A DNA stretch of 64,000 nucleotides from a virus. Taxonomy: Duplodnaviria > Caudoviricetes. The DNA is taken from positions 128,001 to 192,000 of IMG/VR virus record IMGVR_UViG_3300047382_000771. One strand, 5' to 3'. Made by a program: the position numbers and the translations under genes. Below, in pieces: positions 40,721 through 49,653 of the stretch. The notes under the pieces were generated by a model. That model searched no databases. It was not told the origin of the DNA and saw only the letters and a list, made by a program, of their open reading frames with translations. Within the stretch, counting starts at the first letter, position 1, and each line of letters opens with the position of its first letter.

Positions 40721-41000
40721 TAAATATATCTGACATTTTGTGTATATTGTCTTGAGGTACGTCTACATCATACTCCAATTTAGCGATAGAAGGAACCTCG
40801 TCGATATCCGTCTCGTCTTCCTTTAATTGCTTAGTTGGAGTTTTTTTAATTAACCCTTTTCGTTTTGTTTGTGTAGTTGATGGCGATTTACTAAACGATG
40901 CTAATGAATCGAACGGTGCACCGCAATTACTACAGAATTTCGGAGGTTGATAAGAAAATTCGTTTTTCCCTCCGCAGTTTGGACAAAATTTAGACCTCAT
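40698..41000 (-). CDS. Zinc-ribbon protein
   Basis: KFCPNCG...KFCSNCGAP. Confidence 0.75.
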   Translation of the reverse strand: MRSKFCPNCGGKNEFSYQPPKFCSNCGAPFDSLASFSKSPSTTQTKRKGLIKKTPTKQLKEDETDIDEVPSIAKLEYDVDVPQDNIHKMSDIFNEDKERP

Positions 41001-41035
41001 GTTTTATTATAAAAACAAAAGACTAAAAAATCTAA

Positions 41036-41659
41036 TTAAATTAAATAAGCCGAAAGTATTCTCCCCTGGCAGCGCATGAATTCTTTCATTTGCTCTTTAC
41101 TGGTGATTTCCAACTTGTCGCATTTTGCAAATATTGGGTCAGCTTTATTTTTAACATAGTCCAACCCTAACATTCCGATTATCTTTCCATCTAAAGTTTT
41201 TAAAGGTATATTATACAACGATATCACACCTTTTGAAAGAACGAGATTTTTTAGTGTTTCATCTTTTATCTGAGAAGTATTACTATAATAATACTCGCCA
41301 TTATTAATTAATAGATGTATGTAATTATGGTAATTTGAAACTAAATGGTTTTGTGACCTTGTCGCCTCCCTACTTGTTCCTGGGGTGCAGGACTCATGCG
41401 TGCAACTAAATTTCTGTTGGCTTTTTCCAGAAACATAATACCCACCATTATGGAACTGCAATACATACGCACGGTCAGCCCCAGTCTGCTCAAGTATATA
41501 ATCTAGGCATAATAATATATTTTCGTTAGTCTCTAGATCGTCTCTTATCGGGTCTTTTTTAGCTTTAGCTCTTCGACTAACAACAAACTTACCTAGCAGC
41601 ACACTAGCGATAGTGGCTGAAGCACTTATAACTGCAACAACAATTTCTGTCCAATTCAT
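41036..41659 (-). CDS. Putative holin with one N-terminal TM helix and a GAF-like domain
   Basis: Hydrophobic residues 5-26; GADRAYVLQFHNG...IPLKTLDGKIIGMLGLDY. Confidence 0.6.
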   Translation of the reverse strand: MNWTEIVVAVISASATIASVLLGKFVVSRRAKAKKDPIRDDLETNENILLCLDYILEQTGADRAYVLQFHNGGYYVSGKSQQKFSCTHESCTPGTSREATRSQNHLVSNYHNYIHLLINNGEYYYSNTSQIKDETLKNLVLSKGVISLYNIPLKTLDGKIIGMLGLDYVKNKADPIFAKCDKLEITSKEQMKEFMRCQGRILSAYLI

Positions 41660-41679
41660 ATCTAAAATAGTACACAGAT

Positions 41680-42405
41680 TTAACTTTTGTGTGATTTTAG
41701 TTTTTTTATTATAAATTTTAATATTTCACTGCGCATAATATCGTTCTCTGTAAATCTAAAGCAATATATTCCTTTTTCTTTACTTTCGTCGTCGTCGAAC
41801 AAATCAATCATTGGCTTTAAGCCAGATTTTCCGTTGATATCACTTTGCATTAAGTCGCCACAAATAAAGAGTTTTGAATTTTCTCCTAGCCTAGTCACCA
41901 TGGTTACTAGCTCTTTAAAAGTGAAGTTCTGAGATTCATCCGCAACGACAATTTTATTTAACCAACTAGCTCCCCTAAGAAAGTTGATTGGCATAGCCTG
42001 GATCCTGTTGCTCTTGAGTAATTCTGTCTTCAGCGTTGTGTTGCTAGGTAAAAGTTCGGCCAACTTATCCTCAAGGGGAGCCATGTAGGGATTAAATTTC
42101 TCCTCCAAGGTTCCTGGTAAGGCACCTAAGCCTTTTTCAGCACTCTCAATTGCGGTGCGCACATAAAATAAATCCAAGGCATCATCTTTTTGTAAATGAC
42201 GTAGAGCTGACATTACAGCCATGTAGGTTTTCGTGGAACCAGCTGGCCCTAGCACGAAAACTATCTTGGCATCGTCTCTAAGTGAAAGTTCTAGGAATTT
42301 TTTCTGCTTTTCGGTTAATTTAAGACCTTTAATTTTTACCTTAGCCTTAAGTGCGTTATCGTTTAAGTTTAAATCTTCGGGGTTGGTAGCTTTTTTTCTA
42401 GCCAT
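41680..42405 (-). CDS. phoH: PhoH-family ATPase
   Basis: GPAGSTKT, LGALPGTLEEKFNPY, FLRGASW...DESQN, TRLGENSKL..GD..QSD, R.TENDIMRS. Confidence 0.95.
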   Translation of the reverse strand: MARKKATNPEDLNLNDNALKAKVKIKGLKLTEKQKKFLELSLRDDAKIVFVLGPAGSTKTYMAVMSALRHLQKDDALDLFYVRTAIESAEKGLGALPGTLEEKFNPYMAPLEDKLAELLPSNTTLKTELLKSNRIQAMPINFLRGASWLNKIVVADESQNFTFKELVTMVTRLGENSKLFICGDLMQSDINGKSGLKPMIDLFDDDESKEKGIYCFRFTENDIMRSEILKFIIKKLKSHKS

Positions 42406-42426
42406 ATAAAATTGGTTGTAACTGTA

Positions 42427-42449
42427 ATTACACTTGAAATTAGTGTAAT
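42427..42449. promoter_or_regulatory. Back-to-back GTGTAAT motifs, candidate divergent late promoters
   Basis: ATTACAC-N9-GTGTAAT between divergent genes; the same motif precedes about 12 late genes. Confidence 0.5.
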
Positions 42450-42477
42450 ATATATTAATAATAACATTATTATTTAT

Positions 42478-42684
42478 ATGTCAAGAATTTCTAAATCCGA
42501 AATAATGAATCTGCTATGCAAGAACTTCACTGCATACGCATCAACTCAATGGCTAAAAAACCCAAACAAACACATGGATGGGTTAACACCTTCTGAGTGC
42601 ATGACTAAAGACCAAAATATAAAAAAAGTCTACAATGCACTCAGCAAGGAAATAGCAGAAACAAAAAATAAAAAATGCAAATAG
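42478..42684 (+). CDS. Xre/MbcA/ParS antitoxin C-terminal-like domain protein (68 aa; start revised)
   Basis: QWLKNPNKHMDGLTPSECM matches the W-L-x-x-P-N-x-x-L-x-G-x-x-P signature. Confidence 0.7.
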   Translation: MSRISKSEIMNLLCKNFTAYASTQWLKNPNKHMDGLTPSECMTKDQNIKKVYNALSKEIAETKNKKCK

Positions 42685-43823
42685 AATATTTATCAGATGA
42701 AGAGGTTGTCTCCTGGGGGACTGTGTTTGAGTACGATACACGCGATTGGTTATTCAATAATAGCAATATAGAAAACTATGTGCAGTACCCTTCCGCTCAA
42801 CTTATGACGGCTCAAGGCGACCCGCCCTGGAAGGGGGCTACGGCATTAATACTTGATATTGATGTAGCAGACGAATCCCCTTATACAGCCTCCAATGTAA
42901 AGGTTAAACTAAGAAAACAAGCCACAGGAGGAGGTATACTTATTCCTGGTGGCGGAACAGTAATGAATGAAGAAATTACTGCGGTAAACCTTAGGGGTTT
43001 TGAGTCTTCTCCTAGTTGCAAGCAGGTTCAGGTCATTGTACCTCTTTCCGCACTTGGAACCTTTGAATACGCATACGAAGTAGAAGGAGAACTTCCTCTT
43101 CTCAAACATATAAAGGTTATAGGGAAAATTTCTGAATTTGATTTGTCTTCACTTAATAGTGGTACAAAAATAAGTGACCTTAGTTATGTAGAGGGTAGAG
43201 ATGATGACCTTTTTGTTATCTCTAGATGCTCCGACACAGAAGGTGAAAGAAAATTTATTACAGATGAGAGATCTGGATCTAGGATCCCAGATTTTTCAGG
43301 AGATAGTAGGAAGTGGGTATCAACACACGCTGTCTCAATGTACCACCTAAGGCAGGGTTTAGGATTAGGGGCCTATGCAGTCATAGAGAAAGGCGGCGGA
43401 GGTGATAGTGTATTTGTTAACTGTTTTATGGTTAACCAAGGTGGTTCAGATACATATACCATCAAAACCCTAAATGGACTTTTCCCTAATAAACAGTGCG
43501 TCGTATTAACATCTTCCACTATGAGTAAAAAAGCTGGCAACCCAGGCATGGGAGATTTGGATGGAGGATACCTCGCCGTGGGCAAAGTATCATTCCCAAG
43601 TGCAGCTGGATCTCCTGCAACTTTACCTAATCAAAAAATTAATGAAAGTTATGATGCCCAAGTTGATGTGACTCAATGCCAGCCAAATATGAAGGTGGTC
43701 CAGGTAAGTACTGGTGGTGACGACAGAAAAGATTATGGTAAGGCCAAAGTTTATGCCCCTGTAGAGGGTAACCCACTTACATACCAACCTGGGTATATGT
43801 ACATAGCATTTATAGGAAGATAA
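42675..43823 (+). CDS. Tail fibre-like protein
   Basis: 382 aa with internal KISDL...DDLFVI anchor-like motif; followed by a fibre-chaperone-like gene. Confidence 0.4.
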   Translation: MQIEYLSDEEVVSWGTVFEYDTRDWLFNNSNIENYVQYPSAQLMTAQGDPPWKGATALILDIDVADESPYTASNVKVKLRKQATGGGILIPGGGTVMNEEITAVNLRGFESSPSCKQVQVIVPLSALGTFEYAYEVEGELPLLKHIKVIGKISEFDLSSLNSGTKISDLSYVEGRDDDLFVISRCSDTEGERKFITDERSGSRIPDFSGDSRKWVSTHAVSMYHLRQGLGLGAYAVIEKGGGGDSVFVNCFMVNQGGSDTYTIKTLNGLFPNKQCVVLTSSTMSKKAGNPGMGDLDGGYLAVGKVSFPSAAGSPATLPNQKINESYDAQVDVTQCQPNMKVVQVSTGGDDRKDYGKAKVYAPVEGNPLTYQPGYMYIAFIGR

Positions 43824-43825
43824 TC

Positions 43826-44272
43826 ATGGCTACTCGAATATTTATAAAACCAGAACCAAACAAAAGTTTTTCAACTTTAGAGTTTGATGATTTAGATAAC
43901 GAAGTTATGCTGAATTACGCAGCAACTAATGGTTATGTAGAGTTTCAAAAACCTCTTACCCTTGAAGACCCTGAGGGATGGTTTGCTCGTGCATACGAAT
44001 ACGACCCAGAAGCTAAAAAAGTTACCATCAACCTAGATAAGGCTAAAAATGGTTACATGGAATTCTTAAAAGAAGCAAGGAGCAACAAACTGAAGGAGCT
44101 AGACGCCCTACAACTCCGCTACTTGGTTCAAAAAAATGAAAAAAAGGTAGAAGAAATTGAAGAAATAAAAATCGCACTCAGAGACATGCCTGAAACTATC
44201 CCTATGGATAAAATCAAAAATGTGTTTGAATTGGTTCACTTATTTCCTCCGATTTTACTACCTGATGAATAG
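43826..44272 (+). CDS. Tail fibre assembly chaperone-like protein
   Basis: EARSNKLKELDAL...KIALRDMPE, typical of fibre-assembly proteins. Confidence 0.5.
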   Translation: MATRIFIKPEPNKSFSTLEFDDLDNEVMLNYAATNGYVEFQKPLTLEDPEGWFARAYEYDPEAKKVTINLDKAKNGYMEFLKEARSNKLKELDALQLRYLVQKNEKKVEEIEEIKIALRDMPETIPMDKIKNVFELVHLFPPILLPDE

Positions 44273-44804
44273 ATTTACTCCTGAAGGAGACCTGCTTAAG
44301 GCTGTAAATGTCTTAAGTGAAAAATATGGAGAACTCCCCCCCGAAACTTACGAGGGTGGTGATGCTAAAAAATATATATCTGAAGAATATTATAATATTC
44401 ATAAATCATCAGATATTCCCGAAGCTGAAATGAGTGTCCTTAGGAATTTGTATCTAAAACCAAAAGAAAAATATGACATGATCAGAGGGTTAGCGAAAGT
44501 ATATAACTCTGCGTCTATAATTCAAAGCGGAGATTTCTATTACCCACCAAAAGGGTATATGGGATGGCATACTAACTCAAACACCCCTGGCAGGAGGGTA
44601 TATATAACTTACTCCGCAAAGGCTGGAGAGAATAGTTTTCTATACATAAAAGAGGGTAAAATCGTAAAAGACTACGATGACGCAGGTTGGACTGCTAGAG
44701 AATTTATTGTAGGAGACCAGCCTAATAATTTATTCTGGCATGCCGTGGACGCACAGGCAGCTAGAATCTCTATGGGGTTTAGGGTTTTTGACAATCTTAC
44801 ATAA
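44265..44804 (+). CDS. 2OG-Fe(II) oxygenase-fold protein (start revised to MNRFTP)
   Basis: YYPPKGYMGWHTN...FWHAV...RISMGFR. Confidence 0.65.
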   Translation: MNRFTPEGDLLKAVNVLSEKYGELPPETYEGGDAKKYISEEYYNIHKSSDIPEAEMSVLRNLYLKPKEKYDMIRGLAKVYNSASIIQSGDFYYPPKGYMGWHTNSNTPGRRVYITYSAKAGENSFLYIKEGKIVKDYDDAGWTAREFIVGDQPNNLFWHAVDAQAARISMGFRVFDNLT

Positions 44805-44827
44805 AAAGCCCTCTGAAGAGTGCTTTT
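44803..44827. terminator. Bidirectional terminator between convergent genes
   Basis: AAAAGCCCTCTGAAGAGTGCTTTT imperfect hairpin with A/T tails. Confidence 0.6.
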
Positions 44828-44832
44828 AATTA

Positions 44833-45807
44833 TTAAACCTCTTTGAGGCCTAATCCTTTTTGGTAATTATTGTCGGAGTATACATATAAATCATTACCCA
44901 TTGTGGTCGGGTGAGCGGTACAATAATATCGATAAACTCCATGCTGTGATGCAGTCCAGGTTGTTACTGTCCCACTTTCTGTAGCAATATCATTACCGTC
45001 GGCATCTTTAATTGCTAGAGGGTGTCCACCAGTATTGTTGGTAAAGCTTATAGTGTCACCAACTCTCATTGTTAAGACTGGGTCAGTTTGATTGGCAAGC
45101 GGTCCTGCTCCAAATTTATAGCCATTAGAAGTTCCGTTTACTGATGCCAGGATATAGTCAAGATTAGTTGCTGGGGGTTGCACAAAATGATTAGCACCAT
45201 TTACTCCAATATCTGGAATTGTTGTTAAACCTGAAGATTCTCCTAAGCGCCAGTAATGCTTTGGTTGTTTTTGTAAATTCATCCAGTTTCTCGTGACTCC
45301 TTTGTTGTAAATTTCTGGAGCTATGTCACTAATATCTTCATCCCAGTATGCCAAATCTCCGACTTGCATATTGCAGGCATTATTTGGATCAAGTTCCCAA
45401 TCAAAATTAGGATCGGGATAATAACTTGCTGTATCTGTATTGTATGCAACCTTTTCGCCGTTAAACCAAAATTCCATCGAAGTTGGATTTTTCTTCAAGA
45501 ACAACCAATTATTTAATTTTTTGGGTTGGTAATTAACTTTAAAAGTTGAACTATTTGGTTCAACAATATCTGGATTATACCAAGATGTTGCTGTGGTAAT
45601 AAATCCGTGACTCCTAGGTTCTATTTTTTTGGTATGTTGATTGAATGTTACACCTGATATTTGGCCACCCGTTTGCCCTCGCAAAAATACTGAATTATGA
45701 GCTGGAATATCACTTATATCTTCGTATGGATCGTAAAACCAAAATGAATAGCCGTACCCAGATGCGTTATTAAAGGTTACACCACCGTTTTGAGTAACTA
45801 ATTTCAT
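44833..45807 (-). CDS. LamG/ConA-like domain plus cupredoxin (plastocyanin-like) domain
   Basis: GDTISFTN...GHPL...YRYYCTAHPTTMG (His, Cys, His, Met). Confidence 0.7.
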   Translation of the reverse strand: MKLVTQNGGVTFNNASGYGYSFWFYDPYEDISDIPAHNSVFLRGQTGGQISGVTFNQHTKKIEPRSHGFITTATSWYNPDIVEPNSSTFKVNYQPKKLNNWLFLKKNPTSMEFWFNGEKVAYNTDTASYYPDPNFDWELDPNNACNMQVGDLAYWDEDISDIAPEIYNKGVTRNWMNLQKQPKHYWRLGESSGLTTIPDIGVNGANHFVQPPATNLDYILASVNGTSNGYKFGAGPLANQTDPVLTMRVGDTISFTNNTGGHPLAIKDADGNDIATESGTVTTWTASQHGVYRYYCTAHPTTMGNDLYVYSDNNYQKGLGLKEV

Positions 45808-45812
45808 AATTA

Positions 45813-46073
45813 TTATTCTATAGCCCCAGGGAAGCCCATTAAATTAATGTTTGTTAATTTTGCCGTTAAATTTGCAGCCTTGTAAATGCTGCAGGAATCA
45901 ACGGTAGATGTTTCTTTAGCTATATATAATGCTGGGGCATCTCCAGTTACTAATAACATCTCACCTGCAACTGCATCGCCAGTAGCATTTGTGATATCTC
46001 CTCCTGTGCGTATTTTTAGACGGTAAGTTTGATTATTTAAATACTGCCCGCTATATCCTATATCTTCTTTCAT
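45813..46073 (-). CDS. Stand-alone virion anchor domain (86 aa)
   Basis: YSGQYL..RLKIRTG.DI....AVAGEM, shared with the N-termini of 46076..46975 and 46956..47993. Confidence 0.55.
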   Translation of the reverse strand: MKEDIGYSGQYLNNQTYRLKIRTGGDITNATGDAVAGEMLLVTGDAPALYIAKETSTVDSCSIYKAANLTAKLTNINLMGFPGAIE

Positions 46074-46075
46074 TA

Positions 46076-46975
46076 TTAAATCCCTGGGTATTCTGGTGAA
46101 AATACTACATTGCTAGCTGTGGGGTGAAATTGATTTACCCCATCATCATAAAGAACTCCATCCAAAGCTAGGTGTTGTACTGGATTAAGTTCATCAATCA
46201 AAGTCTTAGGATTCGAAAGTCCATTACCGTAAAGAAAACCTATCTGAGCTGCTGAAAGTGATTTATTAAATATAGCAATATCAGCCATATTTCCTTCTAG
46301 CCATTGAGTGCTAGGTGTTCCTCCAGACACGGTACTACCTCCAGAATAAAACCCCTGACCAATATCAACCATACTAACTCCAGTACTTGGAACTTGTTTA
46401 GATAAAACACCATTCATGTATACAGAGATAATTGCATTAGCGATATCAAAACTCAGAGCAAAATGATTCCATTCGCCTTGTACAAATGTAGCTACATTGT
46501 CATCCCTGAAAGTTTGAGTAGAGCCATTAAAACCTATGAGTCTTACTGTTGGCGCACCTCCAGTACAGTCAATTAAAAATCCATCGGTTGCTGACTGCCT
46601 ATAATTTACTGTCGTAAGCAAAGTTTGAGCAATAAGCTGGTTAGGTTTAAAAAATAAAGAAAGAGCGATATCTCCAGAAAAATTAAAACCAGGGGATGCG
46701 GCTCCAGTAAGGTAGGAACTCGTGCCATTGAAATTAGCAGAAAGACTATTGTAAGGAATTTCTTGGTTTTCTGCGATATCAAATAGTGCCGACACTCCAT
46801 GGTTAGTCGGATTAGAGGTTTTTTGGCCTACACAGACCCCATTAACCTTTGTGTCATACAAGATTTCGCCAGGGATTGCATCCTTTATACCTTTGTATAT
46901 ATCGCTTCCTGTTTTTTTCTTAATGCGATATGATTTATCGCCAAGCAATTGTAAGTTATGATCTTTGTTTTCCAT
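46076..46975 (-). CDS. Anchor domain plus LamG/ConA-like lectin
   Basis: EWNHFALSFD...VYMNG...ADIAIFNKSLSAAQI. Confidence 0.75.
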   Translation of the reverse strand: MENKDHNLQLLGDKSYRIKKKTGSDIYKGIKDAIPGEILYDTKVNGVCVGQKTSNPTNHGVSALFDIAENQEIPYNSLSANFNGTSSYLTGAASPGFNFSGDIALSLFFKPNQLIAQTLLTTVNYRQSATDGFLIDCTGGAPTVRLIGFNGSTQTFRDDNVATFVQGEWNHFALSFDIANAIISVYMNGVLSKQVPSTGVSMVDIGQGFYSGGSTVSGGTPSTQWLEGNMADIAIFNKSLSAAQIGFLYGNGLSNPKTLIDELNPVQHLALDGVLYDDGVNQFHPTASNVVFSPEYPGI

Positions 46976-47993
46976 ACCTAATATTATTGTGAGGAGAATC
47001 GTAACTTAATTCGTAAGGAGCATTACCCCCTGGGCCAGAAACATTATCGTCATTCAGGTCTTGGTCTGTTAGATATAATGCTGCATCTGAATTTACTCCA
47101 TGGCTACTAAAAGCTTCTAATCCTTGTGGAGCATTACCGAAATTCCACCAATAAAGTGGGTTATAGCTACCAGCGCTTTTATTATCGTATACGCCTTGGA
47201 CTTGGGCAGAGGTCAACTCTGCATCAAAAAATGCTATCTCATGATATTTTCCAAAAAGAGTATACTGCATTGCATTTGTTCGTTGACCAAATGCCCAGGA
47301 TGAATTAAGTCCAAGCATCCCAGTAAAGCTACCAATATCATTGCGAGTAATAGAATTTGTTTGCTCCATGCCGTCTATATAAAGTTTCAAACCACTTGAG
47401 ACTGTTCCCCCATCATATGTTAAAACGAAATGATGCCATTTGTCTTTGGTTATGGGTGCATTATTTTGAATAAGCTGTATTTTGTCGCCCGTACCACCTC
47501 CACCGTTAGAGCCAGTATAAACTGTAATTGATGTATCATTGTTGGACGGATTGTAAAACCATTCTAAATCATAAGTATAACTATTTCCAGCTTTTCTTGC
47601 GAAGAATGTTGATCCTTTTTGTCTAGGGTCAATCTTAATCCAAAGAGAAATTGAAAGTGGGCTGTTATTCTTGAAATGCATTTCGTGGCTATTATTTGAC
47701 CCAATAAAAGTTCTAAAAGCTGTATCCCTAAAAATCTCTTGAGAAAAAGCATAATTATTGTAATCTCCTCCAGAAATTAAACCACCAGCGTCTGCGACCT
47801 TGTAAATACCAAAATCATCATCTATGGAAGTTTCAGTACATACATATAAACTTTGGTCGGAAACCCCTGTTGTTAAAAACATTTCTCCTGCTACTGCATT
47901 TCCAGTAATATTTGCAATATCTGATCCTGTTCGGATTTTCAATCTAAACTCTTTACTGTCGAGAAACTGCCCACTATATACTATATTTGACAT
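46956..47993 (-). CDS. Anchor domain plus LamG/ConA-like lectin
   Basis: KWHHFVLTYDG...LYIDG...EIAFFDAELTSAQV. Confidence 0.75.
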   Translation of the reverse strand: MSNIVYSGQFLDSKEFRLKIRTGSDIANITGNAVAGEMFLTTGVSDQSLYVCTETSIDDDFGIYKVADAGGLISGGDYNNYAFSQEIFRDTAFRTFIGSNNSHEMHFKNNSPLSISLWIKIDPRQKGSTFFARKAGNSYTYDLEWFYNPSNNDTSITVYTGSNGGGGTGDKIQLIQNNAPITKDKWHHFVLTYDGGTVSSGLKLYIDGMEQTNSITRNDIGSFTGMLGLNSSWAFGQRTNAMQYTLFGKYHEIAFFDAELTSAQVQGVYDNKSAGSYNPLYWWNFGNAPQGLEAFSSHGVNSDAALYLTDQDLNDDNVSGPGGNAPYELSYDSPHNNIRYGKQRS

Positions 47994-47998
47994 AAAAT

Positions 47999-49636
47999 TT
48001 ACCCTATTAGTATTGACACTCCAGCTCCGTTAGCTAAACCGTTTCCAAATGCTCTGAAATTTTGTCCAGCTGGTACAGTTAATGAACTTCCGACTGCACC
48101 GCCATTAAGACCTGTTGCTCCACCACTTGTTATTGTTATAGCTGCCCCAGTGCAATTTAAAAATGTAGCATGCCAACCTTCTCCGTAACTCGCATTAAAC
48201 CCTACGCTAGTGACTCCAGCGTCTAGACGCACGACTTTAGCCAACATAGTACCATTTGCGGTAAAGTTGCCGCTCTGCACCATAAAATCAGGCCTTTTTG
48301 AGAAAAGTGGCTGAAGAATGCCTTTTTGTTTGAAAAAGAATGTTCCATTACCCAAGTCAAATAAAGCTTGCCCGTCTTCAACAAAATCACCAATAGTAGT
48401 ACCTGCTACATTTACCCAACTTTGGTTTGTAGCATCGTATTGAAATGTTTCGTTTGTTTCAATATTAAATACGAGATCATTGGTTGCTGCATCGGCAAAT
48501 GCCGCACCTTGCTGAGCAATAAATAATTCAGTCCAAGAACATCTTGGTTGAGATCTTGCAACTAGTCCCCATCTGCATGGGTTTTGAAATCTAGCCATAG
48601 TAGCTTGTGGTACTGTAGCTAACCTAGTGGCCATAGACACGTTACTTGCAAGACTATTAGCTGCCTGAGTTAAATCTATACTCATATATCCAACCCATGA
48701 TGGATCATCATCAGGCGGGACAGTAGCTACATTATATGCAACCCATACTTCAATTTGATTTGATTTTCTTGATACTTTAAATGCGTCACCGTTTGGATAA
48801 TAGGTCTGCCAACGTTGACTACTACTATATGGTACCGTGCTTTCTGCTTCCGCAAGCCAAGATTCATTGGATTTATTAAAATTATAACAAACACCCCATC
48901 GATATGCCGCCCCGTCTCTGCTAGTACCCTTAGTATTTGACCTAATAATACTAAGAGTTTCATCAGATCCAGTGGATTGATCTAGAGCTATAACAAATCC
49001 AATGGCATCATCTTCGTCAGCACTTCTTGCTATAAGTCTAGCTTCGTAACCACTGTAAAAATCTTGACTAGCAAAACCTACTGCATATTGAGTATTTGTT
49101 GGTTGAGTAATGTTTCCATTTCCATCTATAGACCAACCTTGTTCTCCAGAAGGGGAATTGTGATCATCATTTAAATAATGACTAAACCTATAAAAATTAT
49201 CTAAAATATCTTGGAATGATATGTAAATCGCAGTCTGATTAAAGATAACTTCAGGAGCACCTCTTCCAGCCAAAGCTTTTTGAAGAAAAGGTTTATTTAC
49301 TAGATTAGTACCATTTGTACCCTCGTAAATTAAATGTTCTCCAGCATCTGTGTTTGTGGGAATTGCAAATACAGGTTGACCGCCAATTGTTGGGGGATTA
49401 TTTGTGGTATATGTAACTGTTGTGTTTCCAGCTGAGTTGATTGTATTAATCGTATCACCAAGTTGGGTTTGAACAGTTGGATCCGTAAGAGCTTCTTTTA
49501 CAATTTCACCTACGGTTGCAGATACTGTTTGGTTTGCACCGCCCGCACTTCTTGCTACAGGAATTAAATCCCCTGGAAGTATTGTTATACTCGCTCCTGA
49601 CGCGGAAGTAAGTTGTCTTATAGTCTGGAATGACAT
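47999..49636 (-). CDS. Fibre-like protein with lectin-like (TSP-C-type) domain
   Basis: TIRQLT...GDLIPVA anchor motif; DEDDAIGFVIA motif. Confidence 0.5.
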   Translation of the reverse strand: MSFQTIRQLTSASGASITILPGDLIPVARSAGGANQTVSATVGEIVKEALTDPTVQTQLGDTINTINSAGNTTVTYTTNNPPTIGGQPVFAIPTNTDAGEHLIYEGTNGTNLVNKPFLQKALAGRGAPEVIFNQTAIYISFQDILDNFYRFSHYLNDDHNSPSGEQGWSIDGNGNITQPTNTQYAVGFASQDFYSGYEARLIARSADEDDAIGFVIALDQSTGSDETLSIIRSNTKGTSRDGAAYRWGVCYNFNKSNESWLAEAESTVPYSSSQRWQTYYPNGDAFKVSRKSNQIEVWVAYNVATVPPDDDPSWVGYMSIDLTQAANSLASNVSMATRLATVPQATMARFQNPCRWGLVARSQPRCSWTELFIAQQGAAFADAATNDLVFNIETNETFQYDATNQSWVNVAGTTIGDFVEDGQALFDLGNGTFFFKQKGILQPLFSKRPDFMVQSGNFTANGTMLAKVVRLDAGVTSVGFNASYGEGWHATFLNCTGAAITITSGGATGLNGGAVGSSLTVPAGQNFRAFGNGLANGAGVSILIG

Positions 49637-49653
49637 TATTTAAAAATTCGGGG

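Noticed and set aside
42220-42260. PhoH Walker A variant GPAGSTKT as a sign of inactivation
   Set aside because: The catalytic Lys-Thr and all other PhoH motifs are intact; this is not enough to claim anything.
45805-45815. Stop-codon readthrough joining the 86-aa anchor to the 324-aa lectin
   Set aside because: There are two consecutive TAA codons and the downstream ORF is in another frame.
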